Assembly: GCA_012295275.1 (NCBI GenBank)
Contig: CM022678.1
Span: 15,810,001 to 15,874,000, forward strand
DNA length: 64,000 bases
From: Chrysomallon squamiferum
Lineage: Eukaryota; Animalia; Mollusca
Reading direction: 5' to 3'
The translations under genes were made by a program, and so were the position numbers. Position 1 is the first letter of the stretch, and each line of letters opens with the position of its first letter. Positions 46,470 through 60,451 of the stretch are shown here, one piece after another. The notes below the pieces were generated by a model. The model worked only from the letters and a program-made list of their open reading frames with translations. It did not search any database and was not told the DNA's origin.

Positions 46470-47052
46470 CCCTATCGCTATCATCATCATAGTACTATTA
46501 CTGCCAGTGCTGCTAATACTTCCACTATACTATAATTAGAACTACTTTTATTTTACTTTCACAAGTACTACTGTAACTGTTCCTGTTACTATAGTATTAC
46601 TACTATCTGTGCTGCTAGTATTATTATTAGTATTATTACTATTACTGCTTCTACAACTACTACCGCTACTATGCTGCTGTTATTCTTTTCCTACTGCTAC
46701 TAGTACGACTACCACTTCTACTACGATTATTATCGTAATTAATCAACACGATAATTAACGAAATTGTTCCACGTAATAAAAATTAATATAAATAGCGATA
46801 TAGAAACTATTATCGGTCAATTAGTATTACCGGAAGTGTTAGTATTACTGGGAGACAGGAGTGATCTGATTAAGCAGACTACCAGTTTGTTAAAAGTTCA
46901 AATAGAAGACGATAAACTGTAACATTATTATTATTATTTTTATTTATTTTGTTTTCTACAAACTGCACGAAAAAACTCTGAAAAAGCTATTAGTAGTAAT
47001 ACTTTTTAAAGTTTAACATGTATTAAAATGTTTTTAAGAATCGGAAATATAA

Positions 47053-47099
<47 letters not shown>

Positions 47100-47945
47100 C
47101 AGGTATAAAATGTTCTACGCTTTATTTACGATGGATTTTAACAGGGAAAAGTCAATGAAATATCTAAGACATTTTTTTATTATTACTTTGAAGACTGTTT
47201 ATATGATGTTAAGAAAATGCCCAATTTTTATCAAAATCAGCAATCATCACAATCGTTGGATACAGACATAAAAATAAAAACCACAACACAATGAAACCAT
47301 AAATATTTGGAATATCTAGTTAAAGATATTAATTGGTATACCAAATTATTTTCTGCACATTCGTCTCATCTTTTATACATTAACATGGAACAGGATTTTG
47401 AACAAAAAAATTCAGTTAGGTAAAATTCATTTATTCTAACACTCTTGTGGTCGAAATGAACCTAATTGTATTGTTAGATAAAGAAAAATATGTACTGCAT
47501 AAAATAAAATAAATAATAAATACAAATTCCAGATATTCTTAAACAACTTTATTTCTTCAACATAAATAAAAATAGCTGTAAATAAATGAATTTATCTTTA
47601 ATATATACTGTTTTAAATATGTAAAGAAAACTGACAATTGGTCATATATTTCTATATATATATATATATATTTTTTATATCTTTTTCTTAATCTCCTGTG
47701 AGGTGGAGTTAATTTGATACTAGTAAATTAATACTAGTTTCTAAATCGACATTGTCACTATATGAGGTAATTACACACTTTAAATTATACATGTTTCTTA
47801 ACCTTCTTCACATAGTCCGTGAGACACAGTTATTTAAAGTATAGTGGTTTCTGAATGGACATAGTCACTGAATAATGTAACTATGGAGTTTTATTATCTC
47901 ACTTATACTCATCATCATTGTCATCATCGTCACTTTATTACACAA

Positions 47946-48529
47946 CTATAAATTTGTGTGTCTCTTTGACTTCTTTGGCCTGTCTATCTGTAAGATGGAG
48001 CGAACCTGACGATATTCATCTGTGAAATAAACATCATCCTCATCATCTTCATTGTCAGAGAACAGCAACATCTCTTCTTCCGACTGCTGTTTGTGTGATT
48101 GTGCATCAACACCAACATTGGAAAATACCTGAAAGAGAGATACGGAGATAAAACAGTAAGTGATTAAATTAGCTGTAAAACAGAATGTAGAAAATCTTCA
48201 CACTTAACTTCAGATTAATGACAATGAGATAAATAATTATAGTGTAATTATAATGGGTTGAATGAATTTTCTAGTAAAATTCTAGATTACTTCCAGTCAT
48301 TTAAAATGACCTGTAGAAATATGAAATTTTACCATTATTAAAACTGTGAAATTAAAAAAAAAAAATCCTGCTGACTAGTTTTATAAGCTGTAGGTGAAAT
48401 TCAGATCCTATTTTTTAGGCTTTTCCTTATATTCCCAAATCAAAACACTTCCAGTCAAATGCATTTCAGATAAAGAATTTTCAACCTGCACTATTACTGC
48501 TGCTACCACTGCTGCTACCACTGCTGCAG

Positions 48530-48588
<59 letters not shown>

Positions 48589-48956
48589 GCTACAACTAGT
48601 ATGACTACTGTTAGTATTACATGATTTTACGATATTTCACAAGAAAATGAAAATGTACAAAAATGCCTTCTCAGAACAACATTAACACCTTTTCATGTTG
48701 CTCACTTTTAATCACAACTACTACAACAACAACATTACCTTTGATGATGTTAAAGATGTGGAGAAACTGACAGATTTTGTCTGAATTTGTTTACCCACAA
48801 CCGAATCTGTGAAAAAATAAAATAGTTCAATTTAAAATATACCTGTGATGCTGAGAATAAATATTTTAAAACACTTTTACCTGTTTCTAAATAATTTTAA
48901 AATGTTTAATTTCATTTAATTTTATGTCATCACCATCACCATCATCATCTTATTAT

Positions 48957-49001
<45 letters not shown>

Positions 49002-52000
49002 TTGATTTGAGGTTTGCAAACATCACAGGCTATACTAAGATTTATTTTGGTTATGGATTTTTGACTAGACCAGTAGCCATATTTATTTATGCTAAATTCT
49101 AGATGTAAAATCAAAGGCAATACATTTTTTTATTTGGGGTGGAGATGCTAGAACAGCTATAATCTTATGTTGCTGGTATCCAGATCTCTTTAACATAGGA
49201 ATCTGTTACAACTGGGGTTATCCACTATAAAGAAGAACATTTTAAATATTTCTAATAATTTCTTATTTTTCCTAATTTCTGTTTTCTTTTAATTGATTTT
49301 GCTTTAGCCAATTTAAAAAAAAAAAAAAAAAAAAATTTCTACATTTATTTAAAACTGAGACCAGTTGTCTCAGTGAAAACCTAATCATAGCTTATTTCAC
49401 AAACCTTTCAAAATACTCTTAGGGTATGGTGAACCAGCTGGTTTATTTTTTTGTGTCTGCTTAGAGCTTGTATCTGAAACAAGCAACAATAAAATTAATT
49501 TACTTTCCAAAACATTTGTTTTTATTTGTTTCTTTATTTTCTCATAGAACGAAGTGACTATATCAATTAATATTTAACTGATTACTCTAGTTATAAAATT
49601 CTTAAAACTAAATACAAACTGAGACTTGTAAATATTCACTGATGACTTTAAAACTTTTTATCATCTAACCTCATTTAGAACCGAGTATTTCCATCTCTCT
49701 CTTATTTATCTTCTTCAAATTGATTTCATTTATTAATACTTAAATCAGTTATGATATATACATTATAGCATGAGAAAGTGGGATGAAGCTTAGAGGTAAC
49801 ACCATTAAATATATAAATGTGTGTGTGTGTGTGTGTGTGTGTGTCAAGATGTTTGTCCTGCTTTCCATTTTCTTTAGAAATGTGCATTAAAATGATGCTA
49901 AGGCTTAAATCTAAGGTTTTCAAAAATTGTTTTAAAATAATGTCCATTACTGACATTAGTGACATCAATATTTCATTAAAAAAAAAGGCAGAGTGCCTAC
50001 CTGTATTTGTTTTAGTTGTTCCAGTCAAAGCTGATGTATTAGAAGTTAATGCTGATTCACGTTTCATCTTCTTTGTCGAAGTTCTTTCACTTGACTCTGT
50101 CGAGTTTGCTCTTTTGTTCTTTACACCTCTGCCAAAAGGAAAAGCTATGCCTATCTTGCTGTCACTGCCCTTGCTTCTGATTGGACAAACTGAACAGAAA
50201 GAAGATGACAATTTTCCACTTTTAGTTACAGAAGAACTAACTGGAGTAGAAGGAGTAGAAGGACAAGACGCTGGTTTGCTTCTGGTCATGGTTTTCAGAA
50301 AATCTACAAAAGTCTTTTGTTTTTTGTTCACTACATTTCTTGCACTGGTTTCTGAACTTACAGTGGTGACAGAACAAGATGTGTGGTGTCGCTGGATTCC
50401 ACAGCTTGTATTAGTGTTAAATCCTGGATTAATATTACAGGATTCATTGTGTAGAGTGTCACGCTGAGAATTTGAAGCTTCTCTAAAAGGTGGCACTTTA
50501 GTACTACAGCGTTTTCCTTTATCTGAAAATAATGTTTGTTTCTGAGGTGTCACTGTAGAGGTTTCTGACCCAGAGCTCTTTGTTTTGGAGGTAGAACATT
50601 TGGTAGCTTGATATGATATTTCTTTGGAGACACCTTCAACAGCATCTGAACCTGGGATGGACATATGTAATTGTTCATGTGTCATATTGCTGGCTGTCTC
50701 TATAACATTAGTTGTGTTACTAGAAATTCTGTTGGCATCAGAGAGTCTGGGATCTACTTGAAGAATACTCTGTGTTTGATCCTGCATTTGAAGATCCCTA
50801 ACTTCTTGTTGAACCACCCCTATCGCACCAATAGAACCTTCCTTGGCAATTTTATTTATTTTAACTGATGAGCTGGATGTCTGGCTTTTTTCAGCAGGTG
50901 TAGAGAGATGGCAAGAAGCTGGATCAGCATCTACAACCCCATCACTGGCTTGCTTGTCAACATTAATGACATCATTGTTGACATCACTCTCAACATTCTG
51001 TACATTATTTGGATCATTGGCAATATCTGGTACACTGTTTACATTCTGGTAAACATCTTGTACATTGTTTACCTCACTATGAATATCCTGTACAATGTTT
51101 ACATCATGGACTTCATGTCCATTGTTTACAACACATGCAGCATCTTCTTCATCAATAATCATGGCATTATTGTTTGTAGAACCTGCTGATGTTTGTTTGT
51201 CAGTTTGTACTTGTTTTGAACTCAGAGTAACTTGATCTGTTTGTGCTGCAGTATTGGCCAACGCTGCATCAATGGTCTGTGTTGCCTCCCATGACGATGA
51301 TGTTCTTTCTGTCTGTGTGGTGGTGTTGCTGATGTCAACTACAGTCTGTGTGTCTCTGCTACAAATGCTTGACTCAGTCTGACTGGCAGTAAACACAACA
51401 GAGAACAAGCTGATCTCTGTTTGTTGATCCTCTTCTTTCTTAGGAACATTGAGCTTTGCCTTAAGTGTTTGAAAAATAAATAAATAAATATATACTACAT
51501 AGAGGGAATTTGTTTCTGTATCTGTAATGTCTGTGTGTGTTTGTGTGTGAATTTAAAAGTGAGATATGAAAGTGTGTCTATGTATTTCAGTGTATTTCTA
51601 TATTCTTTTCCAAATCATGTAATTATGTAAAACATTAAATTATGCATCTCAACTTTCAGATTAGTCTAACAACTGTTAAGATTTCCAAATTTATTTATTT
51701 ATTTACTTTAACTGGAAACATTTGTTTAATAAAATTTAAAACATAAAATACCTTTAAACAAAAATTATAATAATAAAAATATTTTAGAATTTGTTTTTAA
51801 AATGTGAAAAAAAAAAAAAAAAAAAAGAAATAAAGAAAAGAAAGAACAAGAATACCAGAACATCAGTTTTTTTCTCTTCAAGGAATTACCTTTGCTTCTT
51901 CAAGCTCTGTTGTAACTTCAATATTCTTCTGTGCCCACTGTGAATTCAGTTCCTCCAGCTGAGATTTAGATTTGTTAACACTTTCTACTGAATTCTTCAA

Positions 52001-53534
52001 CATTTCAACCTCATCCTTCAACTCAGTATTCTGAATTAAAAAGGATTATAAAAATAAAAATATACACACACACATATACACACCCACACTGATCAAATTC
52101 ACAATTTGGATTTGTTAACACTTTCTACTGATTTCTTCAACATTTCAATCTCATCTTTCAACTCAAATATATACTCTGATTAAATTCTTAGTGAACTGAT
52201 CTATTTAATCAAGTATGCAGTTTCAGTTCATTTTAAAAACTATATACTTATTCACAAAAGCTTTGTGTATGTGTAGGTGTGTCTTTAAATCAAGTGTGCT
52301 GTTTATTATTCTACATTTATATGTATAAAAAAAAAGATTAATATTTCTAACAACTCTAAGACTCACTGTTTTTGTATGGTCAGCAACAGTTAATGCATGT
52401 GTTTCATGGGCAGCACTCAGTTCAGTTTGCAGTGTTTCTACTGTGTGTTCCAGACTCTTGACTTTCTCTTGTAACATAGCACGATCTGTCTCTATTATTT
52501 GTATCTCCTTCTTAAACCTCTCAGCAAAATCACAGTGTCGCTGAACCAGGGTATGAGCTGTTTGTAACTCTTGTAGGGCTGCCTGTGAAAACATCATAAA
52601 TATCTGCACAGACAGACAAATACACACACAGATGAAGAGACATATAAGTGTATGTACAAAGATATAAACACAAATATACACACTTACAAACAAAAAGAGC
52701 AACACAGACACACATATATATATATATACATAAGCAACAAACTTTAAAAATAAATAAAAACATTTTTAACCTGGTCAGTAATAATGAAAACCAAAATGAA
52801 TAAGTTACAATAATAAATGAGTAATTTAATTTACCTCATACTTTGTGTTGCTTTTATCAAGTTGTTCAATCAGATCATCTTTTTGAAGAGTTAACTACAA
52901 GAAAAAACAATAATCAACACGGTTAATCTTTCTGTTCTGGTGAATCTGAAACCAACATGATTCATTTTTTTTATATCAATTAACTATTTTAATTACTTAG
53001 TTACTTATTATTTTATCTGAAAATATGTAACTTCACCATGTCTAAATCTGATTAAAATGTTTTGCTAATTTATGAATCTGTTTGGTTTAAAACTTGTTAA
53101 TTCTGTTATCAGTATTTGGTAATATAAAATATGATATTTATATTTATTACAAAAAAAAATATATAATAATAAACAAAATAATAAACTAGTACTAAAAAAG
53201 AATATAATGAATTAAATTAAATTAAATTAAATTAAATTAAATTAAAAATGTTAAAATGAAATAAAAGAAAAGAAAATAATAATATAAAATCATAGTAAAA
53301 GAAAATTAAAAACGAAAATTCACATTACATTTTTAATTTGCTGACTAAGCGAAGCATTGTCAGTGATATATTTCTGGATATCCTCAAACTGTTTAGGTTT
53401 TGCTTCCAGCCTCACTTTCATTTCAATAAGCTGTGACTGGAGGTTTTTCTTGTCACACTTGTAATGCTCCATAACACATTTCTGGTGTTTGTTTACATAC
53501 ATCAATGTTTTGTTAAGTTTGGCTGCTTCAGTAA
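47946..53534 (-). CDS. Unidentified protein with N-terminal coiled coil, long Ser/Thr-rich disordered region with clustered TQT-like motifs and an acidic tail. Exons 53534-53329, 52894-52835, 52582-52367, 52030-51890, 51459-50001, 48806-48739, 48128-47946; start exon not located
   Basis: Seven GT-AG exons (206, 60, 216, 141, 1459, 68, 183 nt) splice in frame. The first four are heptad-like and E/K/L/Q-rich. AATAAA on the minus strand near 47550. Confidence 0.82.
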
Positions 53535-54148
53535 CTATAAATAAATAAATAAATAAATAAAATTTCCTAAGTAAAAGATAAACAATCTTAATAAGTTAAA
53601 AACAAAGGAATATACTTTTTAAATAAATATCAATAATTATCTGAAAGATGTATTATTCTTTTTAAATTTCCTCTGTGTGTGTCTGGGTGCATGCATGCTT
53701 CTTTTATTTTTTCATGAAAATAGTTTTACAATACTATAACAGAATAATCATTTTTCATAGACTTCAAAAAAAACAAAAAAAAAAATTAAAAATGTTTACA
53801 AATTAAAAAATTAAAAATCCAGGCAGCAAAAAATGTAAATAAATTTAAAATTTAATAAATAAATAGAAAAAAATTATTTTTGTCACTGATGCCAATACAT
53901 GAAATGGTGAGGCATTTGAAGCTTCAGTTTTATTTCAGTGAATTCCAATTAAAATATAAAATCAAAATAAATAAATAAACAGGTAAATAAAATAAAAATT
54001 GTTTGTTTATTTTGGTATGAAAATGATCCACAAAACAATCAAGACAAAAATGTGGAAAGTGCAGGTGTGATTTGTAATGAATACAAAACTAATTTATAAA
54101 TTTGAAAAGCAATAAATATATAAATAACTGAATAAAAAAATGTGTGTG

Positions 54149-54189
<41 letters not shown>

Positions 54190-55449
54190 CATTTCTTTAT
54201 TTTGAAAAGGAAAACAACACAGAAAAGTACAAGATTAAGAAGGTATATGTCTGCATGTGTCTTTTTAATAAATTATGTATGTTATCAATAAAGGAATAAA
54301 AATATGAAGAGCAATAAATAGATAGAACAACAGAATAAAAAGTAATAATTATATAAAAAAAAGTTTATTCTTAATTTTGAATTCAAAATGACAAACAAAA
54401 TTATCAAAGATGGTGGTAAATGCAAATTTCAGTAACTACAATAGCAACATCCTTTTCAAAATCATTTAATTACAAAATATATCATTAAAATGAATAATCA
54501 TCATTAATTTCTGGTTTTCAGAACTGTAAAACAAGAACTGTAAAAAAGTCTTTAAAAATAAAATAAAAAGTATCCTTTTAAAAATAAAATTAAAGAAAAT
54601 AAATAAATAAATAAATAAATAAATATATATATATATATAACCACATACATAAATTAAAAAGGGCTTTTGTTATTTAGTATGAAAATGTTATATAGTACAA
54701 AACTATAAGATCAACAAGCCAGTATATATACCATATACCACCTGCAATAAATAAATAAACTATTAAATAAAAAACAACTGTGCTATTGTTTATTTTGATA
54801 TGAAAACACTACACAAAGACTGTCAGACCAAGAAAACGCTAAGCCTAAAATCAATTTTAATGAATAGAATACCTAAACTGCAATAAATATATAAATAAAT
54901 AAGTCAATAAAAAAATACACTTTGTTTCGTTAGTGTGTAAAACAATACACAAAAACTGTCGATAAAAAAAAAAAAAATAATATTTGTTCATGAAGTGTGA
55001 AAATGATACACAAAAATCTGTTGGATCAAGATGCTGCAAAGACTTTGTTTGATTTACTGTGGAATATTTTACAAGCTTCTTTCAACAACCCGCTGGGGAA
55101 AACCAAACAATGGACTTAGTGGTAAGCAGTTCGGAATGAAGGTCAATAATAGTTAATTATCAAACACAGTGATGCCTGTGCATGCTAGGATCATATTTCA
55201 CCTTGTGTAGCAGGAAAACCATAGCTCAGTGAATTGTTGTATTTTTTTTATGTTGTTTGTTTCTTTAAAAACTTTATTTGACACAGGTGTTTTATGACAG
55301 AATTTTGATACTGTATTACGGTCATGAATTTTGACTTGTTCAGAACATTTACAGAATGGTTATGATGTTGATAATAGAAAATTGGGTTTTATATTTTTCA
55401 TTTGCTAGTAAGAATAATAATTAAATAAATTGTTTATTATTGATTATTG

Positions 55450-55491
<42 letters not shown>

Positions 55492-58237
55492 TTATTTATT
55501 TATAATATTATTAATACAATTTAATATTAATGCTAGTATTCATATTCTCACTTTTTATCATTTTATTTTTATAATTTCTTTTTCAATTTATTATTATTAT
55601 TATTATTATTGTTAACCACCCATCATATAGAGTCAGTTCTGGACAAACTTTTCTGTCTGAAACAATTCATCTATATCTTGCTTATTTCTCAACCAAATGC
55701 CACCAAATTAACAAATTCATTGTAATATAAACTGAAAGTGAGTTTTATTGTGTTAAAAGTAAATTTGGATGCAACTGGTCACTAATGGACACAACTAGAT
55801 GCAATGTGGTACAGTAACATACATAAAACATAAAATAAGAGAAATAAAATGTTGTTTCCAACAACATATAATGCACCTAAAAAGTGTAATAAATTAAAAA
55901 CATATTGTTCTTTTTATCAATGGTCAGCATACTTAAAATCTGCAACAAGGAAAATGTACTGTCCTTTTTAATCATTGGACAACACACTTATAACTGTAAT
56001 AATCAAAATAATATTGTCTTTTTTTTTACCAATGGGCAATATATACTTAAATATATATTTAATTTTTATCAGTGGATAGTATATTTAATTCTGATATTAA
56101 AACTGTAAAGTTAACTGTCTTTCTAATCAATGGATAATACACTTGAAAACTAAAAAAAATATTAACAGTGTATAGTTAGTTGTTTGATTGCCACAAGCAG
56201 ATAATATAAAACTAAAATCTTTGATGATAATAATATTTTTTATTCTTTTTAACTTTTTTTTTTTTTTAAATCGGTGGATAATATATTTAATTCTGAGATC
56301 AAAAATATACTGTCTTTCTAATCAATGGATAACACTATCAAAAACTAACCAAATAACAATATGTAGGATTTCTTTTTGTTTTGTTTTCATCACTAGATAA
56401 TATAAAACTAAAATACAATAATAATGTTGTTATTTTTATCGCTGGATAATAAACTTAATCCTGAGATTAAAAACTACAATAATAACAAAAAAAAATATAT
56501 TGTTTTTTTTTAATCAATGGACAGTACACTTAGTATTGTGTCAACTGACAATGTATGTATACGAGTTTTCTGAAAGGTTTCGGACACAGTTTGTAGTGGG
56601 AATGTCACTAAGCCGGTGAACAAAGGCAGACTGTGCCATGTTTGTGGTTTTCAGGTAAGCGTGTTATACTGACTGGCAGCCTCACACAACAGATTAGTGC
56701 ATTGATCGACTTGTGATGTCTGATTTGCGCCAAGCCTCTCTCGCTCAGTGATCAAGACGCACACTTCGTCGAATGGTGGGCTCTTAAGAGTTAAAATAAA
56801 CAGCAATACTGCATTGTACATGCTCTGTTGACTTTCCACACACAAACACTGTGTACACAGGCGACTGACATAGAGCTCGAGCGCGCAGACCAAGTAAATT
56901 AATAATTCAGCAAACCAAAACAATCGTGTCTTAGTGTACTTACCAGTGTGAACATAACAAATAAAACAAACAGAAAATTAGACCAAGCATTAGAAGCCAG
57001 TAAAGAAATAAAGTTAACATTAAACAAAAGAAATCTGTGGAATGCAAATTAAAAATGACTATGTACAAAAGTTTAAAGTGAACCAGAAAAGGTTCCAATG
57101 GAGCTGGGATGGATTTACTTTGTGAAGAGGTAAGATTGAGAAAATGTGTAATTACAGTTGGTAAAACAAGTATATGAGAAATTGTATGACATGTCTAAAA
57201 GATCGCATTGTCTCTCTGTATTAGTAATTATTAGATATAACATTAAAATTATAATAATAATAATACAATTTAATTATAAATAATGAAAAAACATATCAAA
57301 AACAACAAAAAGAGGAGATAAAACTAAAGTAAATTAAAACCTAATAATAACAGTAATAATAATAATAAAAAATAATAATTATAATGATGATGATAACAAT
57401 AACAACAACACCAATGATAATAATAATAATCATAATCATAACCATAATAATAATAATAATAGTAATAAACAATTTAAAATATTTCTTAAAAGTATGAAAG
57501 AAACATGGTAAATTAAAGTCAACCATACATTCCAAAATCATTAATAGTCTACGTTTCTGATTAGATACCTTTTTATTTAGTCACAGGCAACATTTTTCTT
57601 TTTCTTTCGTTCTTTGATTCAACTTTATAATAATCATTTACTTTTGTCAGAAAACTAATTGAACACATTCCTGAGTCAGTAACCTCAGTGGACATACGAA
57701 TACAACCACTGGAAAGAAAACTAACATAGAAATCGTGGAGACTTTATGTCTGCTCTATCAACTGTCACATTCAAAAGCTAATTCATTATTTATACAGTGT
57801 GTTTAAGGTGAAAGACACACTGGAAGTGGATAGTAATATGTTAAAGGTCTTCTTGTGACAGAGATAAGAAAAGAAATAAATAAAAATGTTTATTTACTAG
57901 GTTATGTAATGTTTTCATTTATTTATATTCATGTATAAGTAAATGGTTTATTAATGACATGCAAGAGAAAGAGAAACTCAGAGGGAACAAATGAAATGAA
58001 AGAGTGAGAAAGTAAATGAGAGAAAGAAAGAGAGAGATATATAAAGATAGATGTATGAAAAGGGTAATGAAAAGAGAATTATAAAGAAAAAATGTACACA
58101 TACACACACACACACATTCACATGCATATATATATATACACACACACATACATACATACAAAAACACAAACACCTGTACACACATATGCACACACACACA
58201 CACACAAAACACACATACACATATACATAAATACATA

Positions 58238-58905
58238 CATGATCAATGTAGAAACACTTGAGAGTAAAATCAAAGTTTAACAATAAATAACACACACACA
58301 TACCTACATACAGACAACACACATACATACATGATCAATGTAGAAACACTTGAGAGTGAAATCAAGTTTACAATAACACACACATACCTACATACACACA
58401 TACACATACATACATGATCAATGTAGAAACACTTGAGAGTGAAATCAAGTTTACAATAACACACACATACCTACATACACACAACACACATACACATACA
58501 CACATGATCAGTGTAGAAACACTTGAGAGTGAAATCAAAGTTTAACAATAAATCACAGACACATACTCACACATATACCTACATACATACAAACATATAC
58601 CTACATACATACATACATACGTGATCAGTGTAGAAACACATGAGAGTGAAATCAATGTTTACAATAAAGCACAGACACATATACCTACATACACACAACA
58701 CACATACACATACATATACCTACATACACACATACACATACACACACATATACCTACATACACACATACACATACACACACATATACCTACATACACACA
58801 ACACATATACACATACATATACCTACATACACACAACACACATACACATACATATGTGATGAGTGTAGAAACACTTGAGCGTAAAATCAAAGTTTACAAT
58901 AAATC
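58238..58905. repeat. Compound minisatellite: ~45-bp core ATGATCAATGTAGAAACACTTGAGAGTGAAATCAAGTTTACAATAA with variable CA/TA spacers, 6 cores
   Basis: Cores at about 58239, 58331, 58413, 58505, 58621 and 58856. Confidence 0.9.
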
Positions 58906-60418
58906 TTATTGCACTCTTCCGCATGATTTACTATCTCAGTTCTAGTTTACAGCAATGCAAACAATTTATCAGACAGACACTAACAACAGACCAAATCATG
59001 CAAGGAATTAAATCAGTATTAAATTAAATTTTTCTTTCACACTCACACAGGCACATACACTAAAAGAGATTTTAAAAGAAAGTTTGTAATATATGCATGC
59101 ACATATCCACACACACACACACACATAGACATATGCAAAAACACAGTCAGAAAAGAAATTTTAAAAGAAAGTTTGTAATATATATAAATACACACACACA
59201 CACACACACTCTTTCTCTCTTTTTAATGTCTCTCTCTACTAAAATTTGTAACTAAACATATCTAGTAAAGTAAATAACAGACGTATTTGCATTAATAATA
59301 TAATGTAAAACTGTTAACATATGATTAATTAAACTTAGTGTTAAATATTGTTTTAAAACCTTACATTTCTATTTGTAATATTAATGTATTTGAATTAACA
59401 TATTACCAGATATAAATAAATTATTTAAACAAAAATATTTTGGTGATATTAATTTATATCATATCTGAGTTTATAAATTATTTGTGATAAAATATTACAC
59501 TAATAAATAACTATTACCTTTTATATTAATCTGTCAAAAAACAGAAACAAAACATTAATTATTGCATTACTTGCTTAAGTAACTGATCATTACTAACAAT
59601 GAAATGAATTAGGTAAACAATGATTTCTTTTTAATATGAGATAAAATTCTTAAGAAAATTCCAGTGACCTCCTACATGGAAATTAAATACCCCAAGTCTT
59701 TGCTTTTATTATTATTATTTATTATTATTATTATTATTATTTTTTTTTTTCAAGCTTTATCTATGGAAGGGAGTGAGCCAAAGCGACTAATTAGTCCTGA
59801 ATGGTGTTGTGACACTCAAACTAACACGATACGTGACAATGCATCTCAACGCACCATCTCACACACACACTGAAAAACCAATGATATATAAAATTCTTAT
59901 CACTGACAATAATTGTGTGGATTGGCAGTGTGGAGATTTTTAAACAGTCCACTGTTATTATCAGGTTTTAATATCTGTGGTGTACAAAAGCAGTGGTGTA
60001 TTATTGCATAAGTTGTATATTAACGTATGATCCTGCGGCCGTTTTTCTGTATGGATAGCCTGACGTGGAGAGGCTCGTACTGTGGGTTTATTACTAATCA
60101 TATTTCTGTCATTAAGTGTTCCTTGGATACAATTAAGTTTTTTTTTCTGATGAAGGTCAGAATGTTAGAGAATGGTGTGGAGATGTGGAGTAAAGTACAG
60201 TAAAGAATATGTCAGTTTGTGTAAGTATTTAATATATAATACCACTTTAGTATATAGTATATATAGTTCTGCACTGGAATGGGATTTTTTTTTTTATATT
60301 TCTGTGTTTATTGTATATTTTGCAGACACACACAAACACTCTCATATATACTGACATACATATACTCACATATAAAAACAACATATTCACAAACACACAC
60401 ACATGCATGCGCACTCAC

Positions 60419-60451
<33 letters not shown>

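Noticed and set aside
49726-51408. 560-aa ORF as a stand-alone gene
   Set aside because: It starts at TTG and runs into intron sequence; it is one internal exon (51459-50001) of a spliced gene.
47946-53534. Naming the coiled-coil gene (vague resemblance to ICE1-like or ASCIZ-like architecture)
   Set aside because: Only generic coiled-coil and low-complexity similarity; no diagnostic motif recognised.
58238-58905. CRISPR-like look of a constant core with variable spacers (also the 60-bp and 35-bp arrays)
   Set aside because: Spacers are CA/TA microsatellite of irregular length, there are no cas genes, and the context is eukaryotic.
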